A stretch of 61,189 nt of DNA, counting the filler, from Candidatus Hydrogenedentota bacterium (lineage in GTDB: Bacteria; JBFMHD01): the NCBI GenBank assembly GCA_040752395.1. It is 5 parts of 5 records of this genome, joined end to end, with 100 filler letters (N's around TTAATTAATTAA, not from the genome) between each part and the next. Parts side by side here need not be neighbours in the genome. Positions count along the whole stretch, not along the records: positions 24,848 to 36,925 come from JBFMHD010000073.1; positions 37,026 to 49,092 come from JBFMHD010000074.1; 3 more parts are not named here. One strand, written 5' to 3'. A model generated the notes under the pieces. The model ran no database searches, was not told where the DNA came from, and was given only the letters and a program-made list of their open reading frames with translations. How positions within the stretch are numbered: position 1 is the first letter of the stretch; each line of letters opens with the position of its first letter. The translations under genes were made by a program, and so were the position numbers. Positions 28,893-39,501 of this stretch are shown piece by piece.

Positions 28893-30085
28893 GCCCGCTA
28901 TTTATCGCAGTAATATTGGCTTTTATAATCTATAAATCAGGTATGGTAAAGAAGACACCTGCTCTTTTAAAATACAGGGATAAAATCAATACTGATTTTA
29001 CTGAAAGAAAAAATAAAATAATAATAAAAGAAAGAGGCATTGATGAAGCAATAGATGGGTTGGAAAGAGACATAAGAGAGATTGAAGTATTGTATCAATT
29101 TATCAAAGATGTTAATGCTGTGATATCCTTAAAAGAACTGGTTGAAATTTTGACAAAACACATATCAAGAAATTTCATTGTTATGGAGGCGTATCTTGTA
29201 ATATTTCAGGCCGAGAAAAATATTTATTATGATTTGAGAGAGAGTATAGAGATAGATACTGCTGAAAAAAAGATCGAAGAAGTAGCAATTGACTGGATAA
29301 AAAACAAAAAAAAATCATATTTCAAAGTTGAAGAAATAACGGATTCAAGATTTGAGAGCATAAGTGATCTTCGGGCAAGTATTTTTTCTGCTATTCTATC
29401 CCCGATAATATTTGAAGAAAAAGTACTGGGTGGTATTGAGATAATAAATTGTGGTATCAGGGACGATAAAGAAAAGGTATTTAATGTCTATACAAAAGAA
29501 GATGTAGAAAAATTGGAATTACTAACACAGTTCATTGCAATAGCACTTGATAGAATTAATCTTTATATCAGGATGGAAGACCTTTCAATCCATGATTCTC
29601 TTACAAACCTTTATAATTATAGACATTTTATTGAAAGATTTGAAGAAGAGATTGAGATATTTAAAAAGAATAATTCTTTTATATCTCTGATACTTATTGA
29701 TATCGACCATTTCAAAGACTTTAACGACAGGTTTGGGCATAAAGCAGGAGATTATGTTCTTTCCGAACTCGGCAAAATCTTAAAAAGCAGTGTTAGAAAT
29801 ATTGATTTCGTTGCCCGTTATGGCGGTGAGGAGTTCGCTGTTTATTTACCAGAGACTGACCATGAAGGAGCTTATACCACAGCTGAAAGATTAAGAAATG
29901 ACATTGAAAATGTCTCGTTAATATTTGATGGGAAAAGATTGGGCATCACAATCAGCGGTGGAATATCAAGTATGCCCGAAGATGGTGATAATATTAAAAA
30001 ATTAATTGAGATCGCTGATAACAGATTGTACAAATCAAAAAGAGATGGCAGAAACAGAATGACAGGTTATCGTAATAATGAATGA
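28889..30085 (+). CDS. GAF-GGDEF diguanylate cyclase
   Basis: DIDHFKDFNDRFGH, RxxD I-site (RNID), RYGGEEF. Confidence 0.92.
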   Translation: MSPLFIAVILAFIIYKSGMVKKTPALLKYRDKINTDFTERKNKIIIKERGIDEAIDGLERDIREIEVLYQFIKDVNAVISLKELVEILTKHISRNFIVMEAYLVIFQAEKNIYYDLRESIEIDTAEKKIEEVAIDWIKNKKKSYFKVEEITDSRFESISDLRASIFSAILSPIIFEEKVLGGIEIINCGIRDDKEKVFNVYTKEDVEKLELLTQFIAIALDRINLYIRMEDLSIHDSLTNLYNYRHFIERFEEEIEIFKKNNSFISLILIDIDHFKDFNDRFGHKAGDYVLSELGKILKSSVRNIDFVARYGGEEFAVYLPETDHEGAYTTAERLRNDIENVSLIFDGKRLGITISGGISSMPEDGDNIKKLIEIADNRLYKSKRDGRNRMTGYRNNE

Positions 30086-32711
30086 ATTTCTTGAATTAAA
30101 AGATTTTTTTAAAAATGAAAAAGAAAGATTAATAGATTTAAATAAAAAAAATTTATTATATGGGAAAAGTTTTTCAACTCAATTAAGTGAGACCTACGAT
30201 CTCTTTATCCATAAGATAGCTGAGAATTTTTATGCTGAAATAAAAAATGATATTTGCATAGTAGCAACCGGGAGTTACGGCAGAAAAGAATTAAACCCTT
30301 ATTCTGATATTGATTTAATAATTATATTAAATAGAGAGTTTAAAAATACAGAAACTTTAAACCAGTTTTTATATACTCTCTGGGATGCGGGTCTTAAGAT
30401 GGGGTACAGTACAAGAACCGTTGATGAATGTATTAATTATGCTAAAAATGATATTATTATAAGAACATCGCTTCTTGAAATAAGATATGTGTGGGGAGAT
30501 GAAAATTTATATAAAGAGCTCGATAAAATTATGGTAGAAGAGTTCACAGGTAAAAATTATGAGGATTATCTGATAAACAAAATTGATGAGTTATATAAAA
30601 CTCACAGCTCATATACCAAGAACCCGTTACCAGTCGAACCGGATATAAAAAAATCTCCAGGTGGATTAAGAGATATTCATAATCTTTTATGGATAGGAAG
30701 ATTAATCTATGGTGCCAGAGAATTAAAAAACATACTTGATATAGATTTTTTTACTGATGAAGAGAGGTTATTAATTAACGAATCTTATGAGATATTTATT
30801 GAGATAAGAAATAGACTACATAGATTATACCAGAAGAAAAAAGATATAATCCAGATAGAGATCCAGGATAAGATTGGTCTTCTTTTTGGATTTACGCCAA
30901 AAGAGACTGAGCACATCGCTGGTAACGACATAACTACTGGTGAGATATGGATGCAGGATTTGTTAAAACGTATGCTTACAATCGCACAATTAGTCAGAGC
31001 ATTCTTTGAGTGGCACCATCCAGGGATAGAAGCCAAAAGACAAAAGGCACGTGAGACGGGTCAAAGCTCAGAAGTTATAGGAGGATTTATAAAGATAGAT
31101 GATACCGTATATTTTGAAGACAGGGATATTTTTAACAGGGAGATTAAAGACATTAAGAGTGTTCTTGAGCTTCTATTATGCTGTCAGGTTGAGAACCTGA
31201 CATTATCTGAGACGGTTTTATTATGGATGAAACGAGGGTTTAAAAGAATAGGTCATCTTGATAGAAAACAGAAGATGGAGTTTTTTAAATATTTTGTAAA
31301 TACTATGAAAATAAGATGTAATTTATCAAATACTATTACAGGTTTTTTAAGGAGCGGATTTTTAAGTCTTTTATTTCCTGATTTCGATAAATTTGAATGT
31401 TTCTATAGAAGAGATGCCTATCATCATTATACCGTTGATATACATACCTTAGGGATGTTTTCTCATCTTGATGAAATAATAAAGGGCCAGGGATACATCC
31501 GGAAAATTTACAACAGCATAGAGAATGTAGATATTTTGCACATTGGAATACTTTTTCATGACCTGGGAAAAATTTATGGTCATAATCATTCGCAAACCGG
31601 TGCAACAGCTACAGCTGAATTTTTAACAAATATGGGTTATGACGAAAAAAATAAAAAAGTTGTGCAGGAATTAATTAAGAAACATTTATTAATGAACCAT
31701 CTTGCAATAAGAAGAGACACGGATGATGACGATGTTCTCGAATTTTTTAAAAGCAATATTTTAGATAGTGAATTTTTGGATTATCTATATATTTTAACCA
31801 ATCTTGATTTAATGAGCGTAGCACCAGGGGTATGGACTGAATGGAAATGCGCATTGATAAATAATCTTTATTTCAGAACGAAAAATAAATTAGAGGGTGG
31901 CGAAGATGAATACAGAGATGTAGTAAAATCAAAATGCGATAAGATAAAAGCAGTCTCAAATATTAATCCGGAAATAATTGAAAAACATATTCTCGGATTG
32001 GGAAAAAACTATGTTTATAAATATAATGAAGCCCAGATAATTCACCATCTTGAACTCATTGAAAAGCTTAAAATAAAAATGAACAATGCAAATTATGAAC
32101 TGGATTATATTGTAAATAATGATTTATCATTTACTGAGATGTCTATCTCTACAAAAACAAGAAGAGGTTTATTTGCTACGCTTTCTGGTGTCTTTGCTTA
32201 TCTGAATATAAACATTTTATCAGCAGATATAATGACGCGAGATGACGGAATAGCGCTTGATATCTTTCAGGTAACAAATACAGTTGGTGAACCTGTTACA
32301 GATGAGAGAAAGTGGAGTAGTTTTAATAAGATTATCGCCGATGTGCTCCAGGGAAAATCAGATATCAAAAATATGATTTATAATAAAAAGAAAGAGAAGA
32401 GCACAGCAAATGTTCCTGTGCACATAAGATTCGATAATCAGATCAGTGATAGATATACTGTGATGGAGGTAGAAACTGAAGACAGGATCGGTCTTTTGTT
32501 TGATATAGGCAGAGTTTTATACTCACTCGGGATAAGCATAGAGTTCGCAAGGATTACAACGGAAAAGTTTTTTGTATTAGATATCTTTAATATCGTGGAT
32601 GATGTTTCAGGAGAAAAAATAGAAGATGATAACAGACTGATATTAATAAAAGAGAAAATAACAGAGGTTCTGAAATCCCACACATCTCTGTATACCTGTG
32701 AGAAATTTTGA
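30078..32711 (+). CDS. glnD: PII uridylyltransferase/uridylyl-removing enzyme
   Basis: GSYGR..SDIDL, EPDIKKSPGGLRD, HHYTVD.H, HDLGK, two C-terminal ACT domains. Confidence 0.93.
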   Translation: MNEFLELKDFFKNEKERLIDLNKKNLLYGKSFSTQLSETYDLFIHKIAENFYAEIKNDICIVATGSYGRKELNPYSDIDLIIILNREFKNTETLNQFLYTLWDAGLKMGYSTRTVDECINYAKNDIIIRTSLLEIRYVWGDENLYKELDKIMVEEFTGKNYEDYLINKIDELYKTHSSYTKNPLPVEPDIKKSPGGLRDIHNLLWIGRLIYGARELKNILDIDFFTDEERLLINESYEIFIEIRNRLHRLYQKKKDIIQIEIQDKIGLLFGFTPKETEHIAGNDITTGEIWMQDLLKRMLTIAQLVRAFFEWHHPGIEAKRQKARETGQSSEVIGGFIKIDDTVYFEDRDIFNREIKDIKSVLELLLCCQVENLTLSETVLLWMKRGFKRIGHLDRKQKMEFFKYFVNTMKIRCNLSNTITGFLRSGFLSLLFPDFDKFECFYRRDAYHHYTVDIHTLGMFSHLDEIIKGQGYIRKIYNSIENVDILHIGILFHDLGKIYGHNHSQTGATATAEFLTNMGYDEKNKKVVQELIKKHLLMNHLAIRRDTDDDDVLEFFKSNILDSEFLDYLYILTNLDLMSVAPGVWTEWKCALINNLYFRTKNKLEGGEDEYRDVVKSKCDKIKAVSNINPEIIEKHILGLGKNYVYKYNEAQIIHHLELIEKLKIKMNNANYELDYIVNNDLSFTEMSISTKTRRGLFATLSGVFAYLNINILSADIMTRDDGIALDIFQVTNTVGEPVTDERKWSSFNKIIADVLQGKSDIKNMIYNKKKEKSTANVPVHIRFDNQISDRYTVMEVETEDRIGLLFDIGRVLYSLGISIEFARITTEKFFVLDIFNIVDDVSGEKIEDDNRLILIKEKITEVLKSHTSLYTCEKF

Positions 32712-32740
32712 TTTTTGAATTTTTATAGGGTGGTTAGATT

Positions 32741-34510
32741 TTGTTTAAAAGTAATTTTGCTATTCTTCAAAAAAGATATCCAGCACTCCTGCCGTTGATA
32801 CAGAAGATTAAACCGATGAATATTTACCTCCAGAAATCAAGATCAAATGATGATGTATTGTGTTTCCGGAAGTCAGGGGAAGAGGTGTATTTATTTTCTT
32901 TATATAATCCAAGAAAAGAAGCTGAGCGTATTTTTAATTCTTTCATTGATAGTAAGAAAGAAGTAGCATTGATATATGGTACGGGACTCGAATACTTAAT
33001 TGAGCAATTTTTGGATAGAGATATACAATTTTGCGTTATCGAAGATGACCCGGCTTTACTCTGGTTTTTATTTAACAGGATAGACTTAAATGATGAGCGA
33101 TGGAGAAGGGTTGAATTTATTTTTGATTTGCCAGGTTTTTATTTTGAAGAAGAACTGCGAAAATGGTTTCAGAAAAACAGGGCCCGCTCTTATGAAATAA
33201 TTTTTTCTTTAGGATTGTCTGAATTAAAAAAAAACAGGATTGAAAAACTCGCAAAAAGGATAGCTGAACTCGCTACTGAAGCGTATCAGAATATCGCCTG
33301 CACACTACATTTTAATATACACTGGTTAATGAACATACTCTCCAATCTTAAAAGAATAAAAGAAAATCTATGGGTGGATGATCTGCGATTTGAAAAACGG
33401 CATAACCCTGTGGTGGTTATAGGCGCAGGTAGTTCTGTAAGAAGCTATTTAGAGATATTAAATACGTTTCAGGATAGAATCTGGATTGTTGCAGTAGATA
33501 CTATCCTCCCAACCCTTGTTGATTGCGATATCAAACCTGATATAGTAGTTAGCATTGATGCAGGTCTTGAAAATGTTAAAGACTTTAAAATACTTAAAAA
33601 TAAAAATACTGGTTTTATTCTCGCAGCTGATGCTGTTATACATCCAGATACTTTTAACTATCATAAAGGTCAGACCGTTTTTGCTATAACGCCATTTGTT
33701 GGAATGGATGGCGATGTATCGCCTGTTATAAAATTTTTTAGTGATAAATTGACCAGGAGGCCGTTTTACTGGTTAAGCGGCGGGTCTGTATTACATAACG
33801 CAATCTATTTAGCATTATATCTATTTACCGGTGATATCTTTCTTTTAGGAGCTGATTTCAGCTATAGATATGTAAAACATTCTGTAGGAACCGTTAGTTT
33901 TAATAATTATATTAATCAGCTGGCTAAATTTAAAGGGGTTGATTTTAAATCTAATAAGAAAGAGGAAATAATATTGAAGAACATAAAAGGTGAAGATGTT
34001 TTTTCTGATAGAGTATTAATTTTATATAAACGCTTCTTAGAAGAAAACTTTGATTTTAAAAGCAGCCGCGTATATAATCTATCAGAGGAAGGTTTAGCTA
34101 TAAAGAATGTTGACAACATTAAAAAAGAGAGGTTTTTTAACATATTAAAGGCTGTTGCAAGAAAAGATAAGATATATGTAACAAGACATAGAGAAAGAAT
34201 CAGGTTTGATTTTTCTAAAGAAAGAGAAAAGATTGAAAAGATTGAGATTGGCGCAACTAATATTCAAATTGAAATTTTAAATTCATTAAAGGATGTTAAA
34301 TTTAATACCAAATTTATTCAGGATTTCGAGAAACTTGAAAAAGAAGATTATTTTGGTTTAGTAAAGGAATTAACAGGTGGGGTATTTATAGTTTGTGAGA
34401 AATACAACCGAGGCACAAGATACGGCGAACTCCAGTATTATTTTACACTCTCAAAAGCTATTTCTGAAGCGGCAAAATTTTTATTACAGGGTCTGGCATC
34501 CGTAGGTTAA
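32741..34510 (+). CDS. Maf/DUF115 family (motility-associated factor glycosyltransferase-like)
   Basis: S.YNP.KEA, VIGAGSS, AVDT, PDIVVSID, GGSV, LGADFS, NLSEEG. Confidence 0.8.
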   Translation: MFKSNFAILQKRYPALLPLIQKIKPMNIYLQKSRSNDDVLCFRKSGEEVYLFSLYNPRKEAERIFNSFIDSKKEVALIYGTGLEYLIEQFLDRDIQFCVIEDDPALLWFLFNRIDLNDERWRRVEFIFDLPGFYFEEELRKWFQKNRARSYEIIFSLGLSELKKNRIEKLAKRIAELATEAYQNIACTLHFNIHWLMNILSNLKRIKENLWVDDLRFEKRHNPVVVIGAGSSVRSYLEILNTFQDRIWIVAVDTILPTLVDCDIKPDIVVSIDAGLENVKDFKILKNKNTGFILAADAVIHPDTFNYHKGQTVFAITPFVGMDGDVSPVIKFFSDKLTRRPFYWLSGGSVLHNAIYLALYLFTGDIFLLGADFSYRYVKHSVGTVSFNNYINQLAKFKGVDFKSNKKEEIILKNIKGEDVFSDRVLILYKRFLEENFDFKSSRVYNLSEEGLAIKNVDNIKKERFFNILKAVARKDKIYVTRHRERIRFDFSKEREKIEKIEIGATNIQIEILNSLKDVKFNTKFIQDFEKLEKEDYFGLVKELTGGVFIVCEKYNRGTRYGELQYYFTLSKAISEAAKFLLQGLASVG

Positions 34511-34515
34511 AGATA

Positions 34516-36417
34516 ATGAATGAGAATGACATCTTTGAATATAATTTAAAAGAATTAGAGATTAGATTCCCTTATGTAAGAGAGAAACTTGATAAAATAA
34601 ATGAAGAAGAAAGTAAAGAGCAAGATTTTGAAATAATCGGTGTTCCCGGAAATTTTCCAAATCTTATTCTCGCTACTAAAGACGGACAATCAATATTTTT
34701 CCATAATATAGAAAATCCGATAAAGGAAGCATCTGATATTATAAATAGTATTGACTTTAAGAAAAATATAGATGCTTTTTTTGTTATGGGGTTTGGAGCA
34801 GGATATCATATCGAAGTTCTTATGGATAAGCTTCATAAGGAAATACCGATAATTATTATTGAAAAAAGTATAAAGATTTTTAGAGAAACGTTAAAATTAA
34901 AAAGATATGATAAGATATGGAATAGAAACAGATTGTGGTTATCACTCGATGAATCAGCTTATGATTCTACTTTTTATGCACTTGCTAATTTTTATAATAT
35001 AAGTCCACGCCCTGGTTTCCAGATCCTTTCAGTAAGAAATTTTAAATATTTTGTTCATAATTTATATTTTGCATTATTTAAAGATTATTACAATGAAGCA
35101 GTGCAGGAGATTAACAAAATAGCTGAGGCAGCTGGTGATAATGCTGAAACCTTCAGACAGTTTATTGATTTATGGGGTGACAATATTGTAGAAAATTGTA
35201 AGAGGTTTCTCTTTAATCCAGGCGTTGTTAAACTTAAAGACGTTTTCAAAGATATACCAGCGGTAATAGTTGGTGCAGGCCCGTCACTTGATAAAAATAT
35301 CAGGGTTTTGAAAGAGTATAAAGATAAGGTTCTAATATTAAGTGTAGATACAGCGTTAAAAACCTTCAAAACTAATGGGTTTGAACCGCATTTTGTTTTA
35401 TCGGTTGACGGCCAGAAAATGAATTATAAACATTATGAAAATGTAGAGCTCGATAAAACATTTTTAGTATCTGATCCGGTCTCTTATCCTGAAATACTAC
35501 GAAAATTTGAAAATAGAATGTTTACCTGCACCTGCGGACATCCTCTAAATTTTTATCTTGAAGAATTAACTGAAATAAAAGGATTTCTTTCAGGTAGCGG
35601 CTCTGTTGCTACAAACTGTATTACTTTAGCTTTGTATATGGGATGCGATCCGATTATATTTATAGGACTTGACCTATCGTATTCAGGCTGGCAGACACAT
35701 ACAAGGGTCTCTGCTTATCAGGAGATGTATTTAGAGAGAATTGATAAATTTAATTCAGTTGTTAATATGGTGATAGGGTTTAAAATCTCACAGCGTGAAA
35801 CTACTGTTAAAGGTAATTATGAAGAGATAGTGCCTACCTCTAAAACAATGAAGCGATGGATAGAATGGATTGAAAAAGCAATTAAAGAGGTAAAAGCCAG
35901 ACACTTTGTTAATGCCACAGAAGGTGGCGCTTTTATTCAGGGAACAGAAATTATGACTCTTAGTGAGGCCGCTAAAAAATATCTTAAAGATATTAATATA
36001 TCAATAATAGATGTTATAGAAAAGATTTATAAAGAAGAATCAAAAAGACCTGATAGAAAGTTTCTAACTACTTTACAGGAAACTATAATGAAATTACAGG
36101 AGATAGTAAAACTTACAAGAAAAGCAAGAGAGATAATTAATAGAAAAGCATTGAACCCTAAAGAAAAAAGAGATAGAGAGATACAGATAAATAGAATTGC
36201 AAGACAGATAATAGGTAATAAATTGTTTATGAGACTTTCACAATGGGATGTAGAACCATTGATAGCTGAATTAATGGAGAAACAGGATGGATTGCAGAGT
36301 GGCGGTTTTAATGAGGAAGCTTTTTTTAAAATATTCAAGGGCGTCAAAGAGGTAGCAGAGAAACTTATAACACGATTAAACCTTATCTATGAAAAAACTG
36401 AAAACCATATCTCTTAA
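34516..36417 (+). CDS. Maf/DUF115 family (second paralog)
   Basis: IVGAGPSLDKNI, SGSVA, GCDPIIFIGLDLS, NATEGGA. Confidence 0.85.
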   Translation: MNENDIFEYNLKELEIRFPYVREKLDKINEEESKEQDFEIIGVPGNFPNLILATKDGQSIFFHNIENPIKEASDIINSIDFKKNIDAFFVMGFGAGYHIEVLMDKLHKEIPIIIIEKSIKIFRETLKLKRYDKIWNRNRLWLSLDESAYDSTFYALANFYNISPRPGFQILSVRNFKYFVHNLYFALFKDYYNEAVQEINKIAEAAGDNAETFRQFIDLWGDNIVENCKRFLFNPGVVKLKDVFKDIPAVIVGAGPSLDKNIRVLKEYKDKVLILSVDTALKTFKTNGFEPHFVLSVDGQKMNYKHYENVELDKTFLVSDPVSYPEILRKFENRMFTCTCGHPLNFYLEELTEIKGFLSGSGSVATNCITLALYMGCDPIIFIGLDLSYSGWQTHTRVSAYQEMYLERIDKFNSVVNMVIGFKISQRETTVKGNYEEIVPTSKTMKRWIEWIEKAIKEVKARHFVNATEGGAFIQGTEIMTLSEAAKKYLKDINISIIDVIEKIYKEESKRPDRKFLTTLQETIMKLQEIVKLTRKAREIINRKALNPKEKRDREIQINRIARQIIGNKLFMRLSQWDVEPLIAELMEKQDGLQSGGFNEEAFFKIFKGVKEVAEKLITRLNLIYEKTENHIS

Positions 36418-36925
36418 ATTAAATCGAATTTCTTTCTTTTTTACTACTTTTTTGCTCCTTGATTCTATATTTGCCTTTGATAGTGGTTTTTATATCGGTG
36501 ATTTTAAATATATAACTGGTATGTATGGTGAATATAGAGAAAGTCATTTACATATGGGACTTGATTTCAGTACAGATGGTGAAACAAAAAGAGCGATTTA
36601 TTCTCCTTGTAATGGAAACATTGTAAGATTAAAATCGAGAAAAAAGGGTGATGGTAATGCTTTATATATTAAAGGTGACGATGGATATCTCTATATTTTT
36701 TTTCATCTTGAAAAATTTGGTAATGATAGTTTGAATAAATATCTCCGTGAAATTGGTGGAGAAGATATTGATTTATGGTTTAAAAATGCTATTAGAGTAA
36801 ATGCTGGAGAGATTGTGGGATATAGTGGAGAGAGCGGATCAGGACTGCCTCATCTTCATTTTGAATTAAGAACAGATTTCGATACAACTGTTAACCCGCT
36901 ACAATTAATCAAGATACAGGATAAA
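36389..36925 (+). CDS. M23 family metallopeptidase, 5' part
   Basis: GEYRESHLHMGLD, HL, SGESGSGLPHLHFELR; cut by contig end. Confidence 0.88.
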
Positions 36926-37025
36926 NNNNNNNNNNNNNNNNNNNNNNNNNNNNNNNNNNNNNNNNNNNNTTAATTAATTAANNNNNNNNNNNNNNNNNNN
37001 NNNNNNNNNNNNNNNNNNNNNNNNN
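36926..37025. other. Artificial contig linker
   Basis: N-run/TTAATTAATTAA/N-run. Confidence 0.98.
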
Positions 37026-37328
37026 TCCTAAATCACCGCTCCCGCGTGTGATAACAAGCCGAATATACGCGTCTTTTAGTTTATTAACTGCCAGAACTGA
37101 TAACACAGTTTCAGCTAATTCTTTCTTTTGCATCGGTATCTTTAATCGTATGGCTTTAGCTGAATCATAGAGTCTATCAAGATGCTCATCAAACATAAAG
37201 ACCCTACCGTTATATGCGCGTATCCCTTCAAATACGCCATCACCATACAATAATCCATGATCAAAAACAGATATTTTTGCATCATCTTTGTCATATAATT
37301 TGCCATCAATATAAACTTTTAAAGCCAT
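37026..37328 (-). CDS. ilvE: Branched-chain amino acid aminotransferase, 5' part
   Basis: [45 protein letters not shown]. Confidence 0.93.
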
Positions 37329-37334
37329 AATATA

Positions 37335-37600
37335 CTCCTCTGAAAAACGTTGTAACTCTAATAATATCAAATAGAAGCAAGAGGCAAGAAGCAAGATAAC
37401 GCAAAAACGCAATAACCCAATAACCCAAGAACCCAATAGTGTAGAGCGCAAACCGCGCTCATGACGACTCCTCTGAAAAAGTTCGGAGCTCGGAGCTCGG
37501 ATCTATTATTACGAACTCCTAACTCCTATCTTTTTCCTACTTTGTGCCTCTGTGCCTCTGTATCTCTTGCTTCTTGCCTCTTTCGTTATCTTGCTTCTCC
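37335..37600 (-). repeat. Modular intergenic repeat; core 37335-37370 ends in the ilvE RBS, with a second core end at 37468-37483
   Basis: TTTTTCAGAGGAG at both ends of the hairpin/8-mer/7-mer unit; further GGAGCTC, TGTGCCTC and TTGCTTC arrays. Confidence 0.92.
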
Positions 37601-37601
37601 T

Positions 37602-38282
37602 TTAATTGTTTGTAGTTAAAAACAGTTTACCATCATCAAGTTTAAAAACTTTAGACCCTTTTTTTATACGTTCGATCTCGTGAGTAACTATAACAGTTGT
37701 GATCTTTTCTTGTTCTGTCAGTTTATAAATCAGTTCTTCTATCTCGTTTTTTAAGTTGACATCAAGGTCACCTGTAGGTTCGTCTAAAAGCAGTATCTCT
37801 GGTTTTTTGACAAGTGCCCTTGCTATCGCAACTCTCTGTCTTTCGCCGCCTGATAACTCAGATGGATATTTATAAATATAATTTATTAATCCAACTTTTT
37901 CAAGATAAAGTTTTGAGTCTGTTATAGCTTTTTCTTTATCTAAACCCATAATATAACACACCATTAAAACATTCTCTAAAATGTTTAACTCTTTAATAAG
38001 GGAATGATGCTGAAAAACATAACTAAATTTTTTAAGTCTTATCTCGCAAGCCTTCTTATAATTCACGCTTTGATTATCTATTAAAACTTCTCCTTTATCC
38101 GGATTATCAAGTAAACCACAAATATTTAAAAGCGTGCTTTTTCCAGAACCACTCGGTCCTGTAATATAAACGATCTCGGCTCTTGCAACTATTAAATCAA
38201 CTCCTTTTAATACTTCCTGTTTTATTCCATTACCTCCATAAGATTTATATACGTTTTTTAATTGAAGAGTAATATCATTCAT
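37602..38282 (-). CDS. lolD: Lipoprotein-release ABC transporter ATPase
   Basis: GPSGSGKST, LSGGERQR, LLLDEPTG; next to a lolC/E-like gene. Confidence 0.85.
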   Translation of the reverse strand: MNDITLQLKNVYKSYGGNGIKQEVLKGVDLIVARAEIVYITGPSGSGKSTLLNICGLLDNPDKGEVLIDNQSVNYKKACEIRLKKFSYVFQHHSLIKELNILENVLMVCYIMGLDKEKAITDSKLYLEKVGLINYIYKYPSELSGGERQRVAIARALVKKPEILLLDEPTGDLDVNLKNEIEELIYKLTEQEKITTVIVTHEIERIKKGSKVFKLDDGKLFLTTNN

Positions 38283-39501
38283 ATCTTAATACCTGAGATA
38301 TGGTTTTTTCATTGGCTTTTATAGCAGGAAAAATGCTCGCTATGATTGATAAAACAAATGCGGCCGCAGGTACTAAAATAATTATCCTCCAATCTAAAGA
38401 AGCCGGCAGTTTTGATATATAATAAACAGAGCCACCACCTGGTAAATCTATACCTACAAATTTTATATACCAGATAATAATCATCCCAACAACCCAGCCA
38501 TAAATAGTCCCTATAGCTCCAATGATAGAACCCATAAATGTAAAAATTGTCACTATCTGTTTGGATGATGCACCAAATGATTTCATAATGGCTATGTCTC
38601 TACTTTTATCAATCACAATTGTCATAAGATTTGACGAAATATTTAACGAAGCAACTAATATAACAAGAGATATAATAATAACCATCGCTATATTCTCGTG
38701 TTTTATCGCTGTAAAAAGGTTTCTATTTAAGGCGAGCCAGGAAGTGACAAAATACTCTCCTTCTAATTTATCAAAAACTTTTTTTGCTACATTATGAGCA
38801 TTCATAGGATCTTTTATCTTAACCTTCAATACTTCAACATATTCCATACCTTCCATCTTTTGAATCTGGTCTATGCCGGTATAAGCAAAACTGGAATCTA
38901 TATCATAATAACCTGTTTGAAATATACCTGTTACTTCAAGTATCTCCATTTTAGGAATCATACCAAATAAGCTGATGTTGGTTTTAGCTGATACAAGTGA
39001 TATTTTGTTGCCTGGATAAACCAGCAAATAATCGGCAAGTTCTTTACCAATCCATACACCCTTTTCTTTGCCACCAAAGATAGCGCTCCCCTCACTTTTT
39101 AGTTCCTCCATCTCTTTTAATACATATTGATCATCTTTATCAATACCCACGACTTTTACACCTATACTTCTTCCATCCTCGGTTTTGAGAAGATAGGACC
39201 TTTCAATAGATGGAGAAACATTTATAATCTCAGTTAATTGATAAAGTCTATCAGAGATGGTTTTATAATCAAAAATCTGGCCTGTTCTGTGTTTAATAAT
39301 TAAATGTGGTGTAGCTTTAAGCAGTGATTTTTTAATATCCTGCTGTAGTCCGAACATAACAGAGAGTACAACCATCAAAGCAACAACACCAATAAACACA
39401 CCAATTATAGAGACACTTATTAAAAATAACAAATAAGGGTTTGCGCGTGTAGTCATTCTAAAATATTTTTTTGCTATAAAGTAAGAAAAAGATATCTTCA
39501 T
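38275..39501 (-). CDS. Lipoprotein-release ABC transporter permease LolC/E family
   Basis: GVFIGVVALMVVLSVM.G, periplasmic domain, DIAIMKSFGA, three C-terminal TM helices. Confidence 0.88.
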   Translation of the reverse strand: MKISFSYFIAKKYFRMTTRANPYLLFLISVSIIGVFIGVVALMVVLSVMFGLQQDIKKSLLKATPHLIIKHRTGQIFDYKTISDRLYQLTEIINVSPSIERSYLLKTEDGRSIGVKVVGIDKDDQYVLKEMEELKSEGSAIFGGKEKGVWIGKELADYLLVYPGNKISLVSAKTNISLFGMIPKMEILEVTGIFQTGYYDIDSSFAYTGIDQIQKMEGMEYVEVLKVKIKDPMNAHNVAKKVFDKLEGEYFVTSWLALNRNLFTAIKHENIAMVIIISLVILVASLNISSNLMTIVIDKSRDIAIMKSFGASSKQIVTIFTFMGSIIGAIGTIYGWVVGMIIIWYIKFVGIDLPGGGSVYYISKLPASLDWRIIILVPAAAFVLSIIASIFPAIKANEKTISQVLRYE

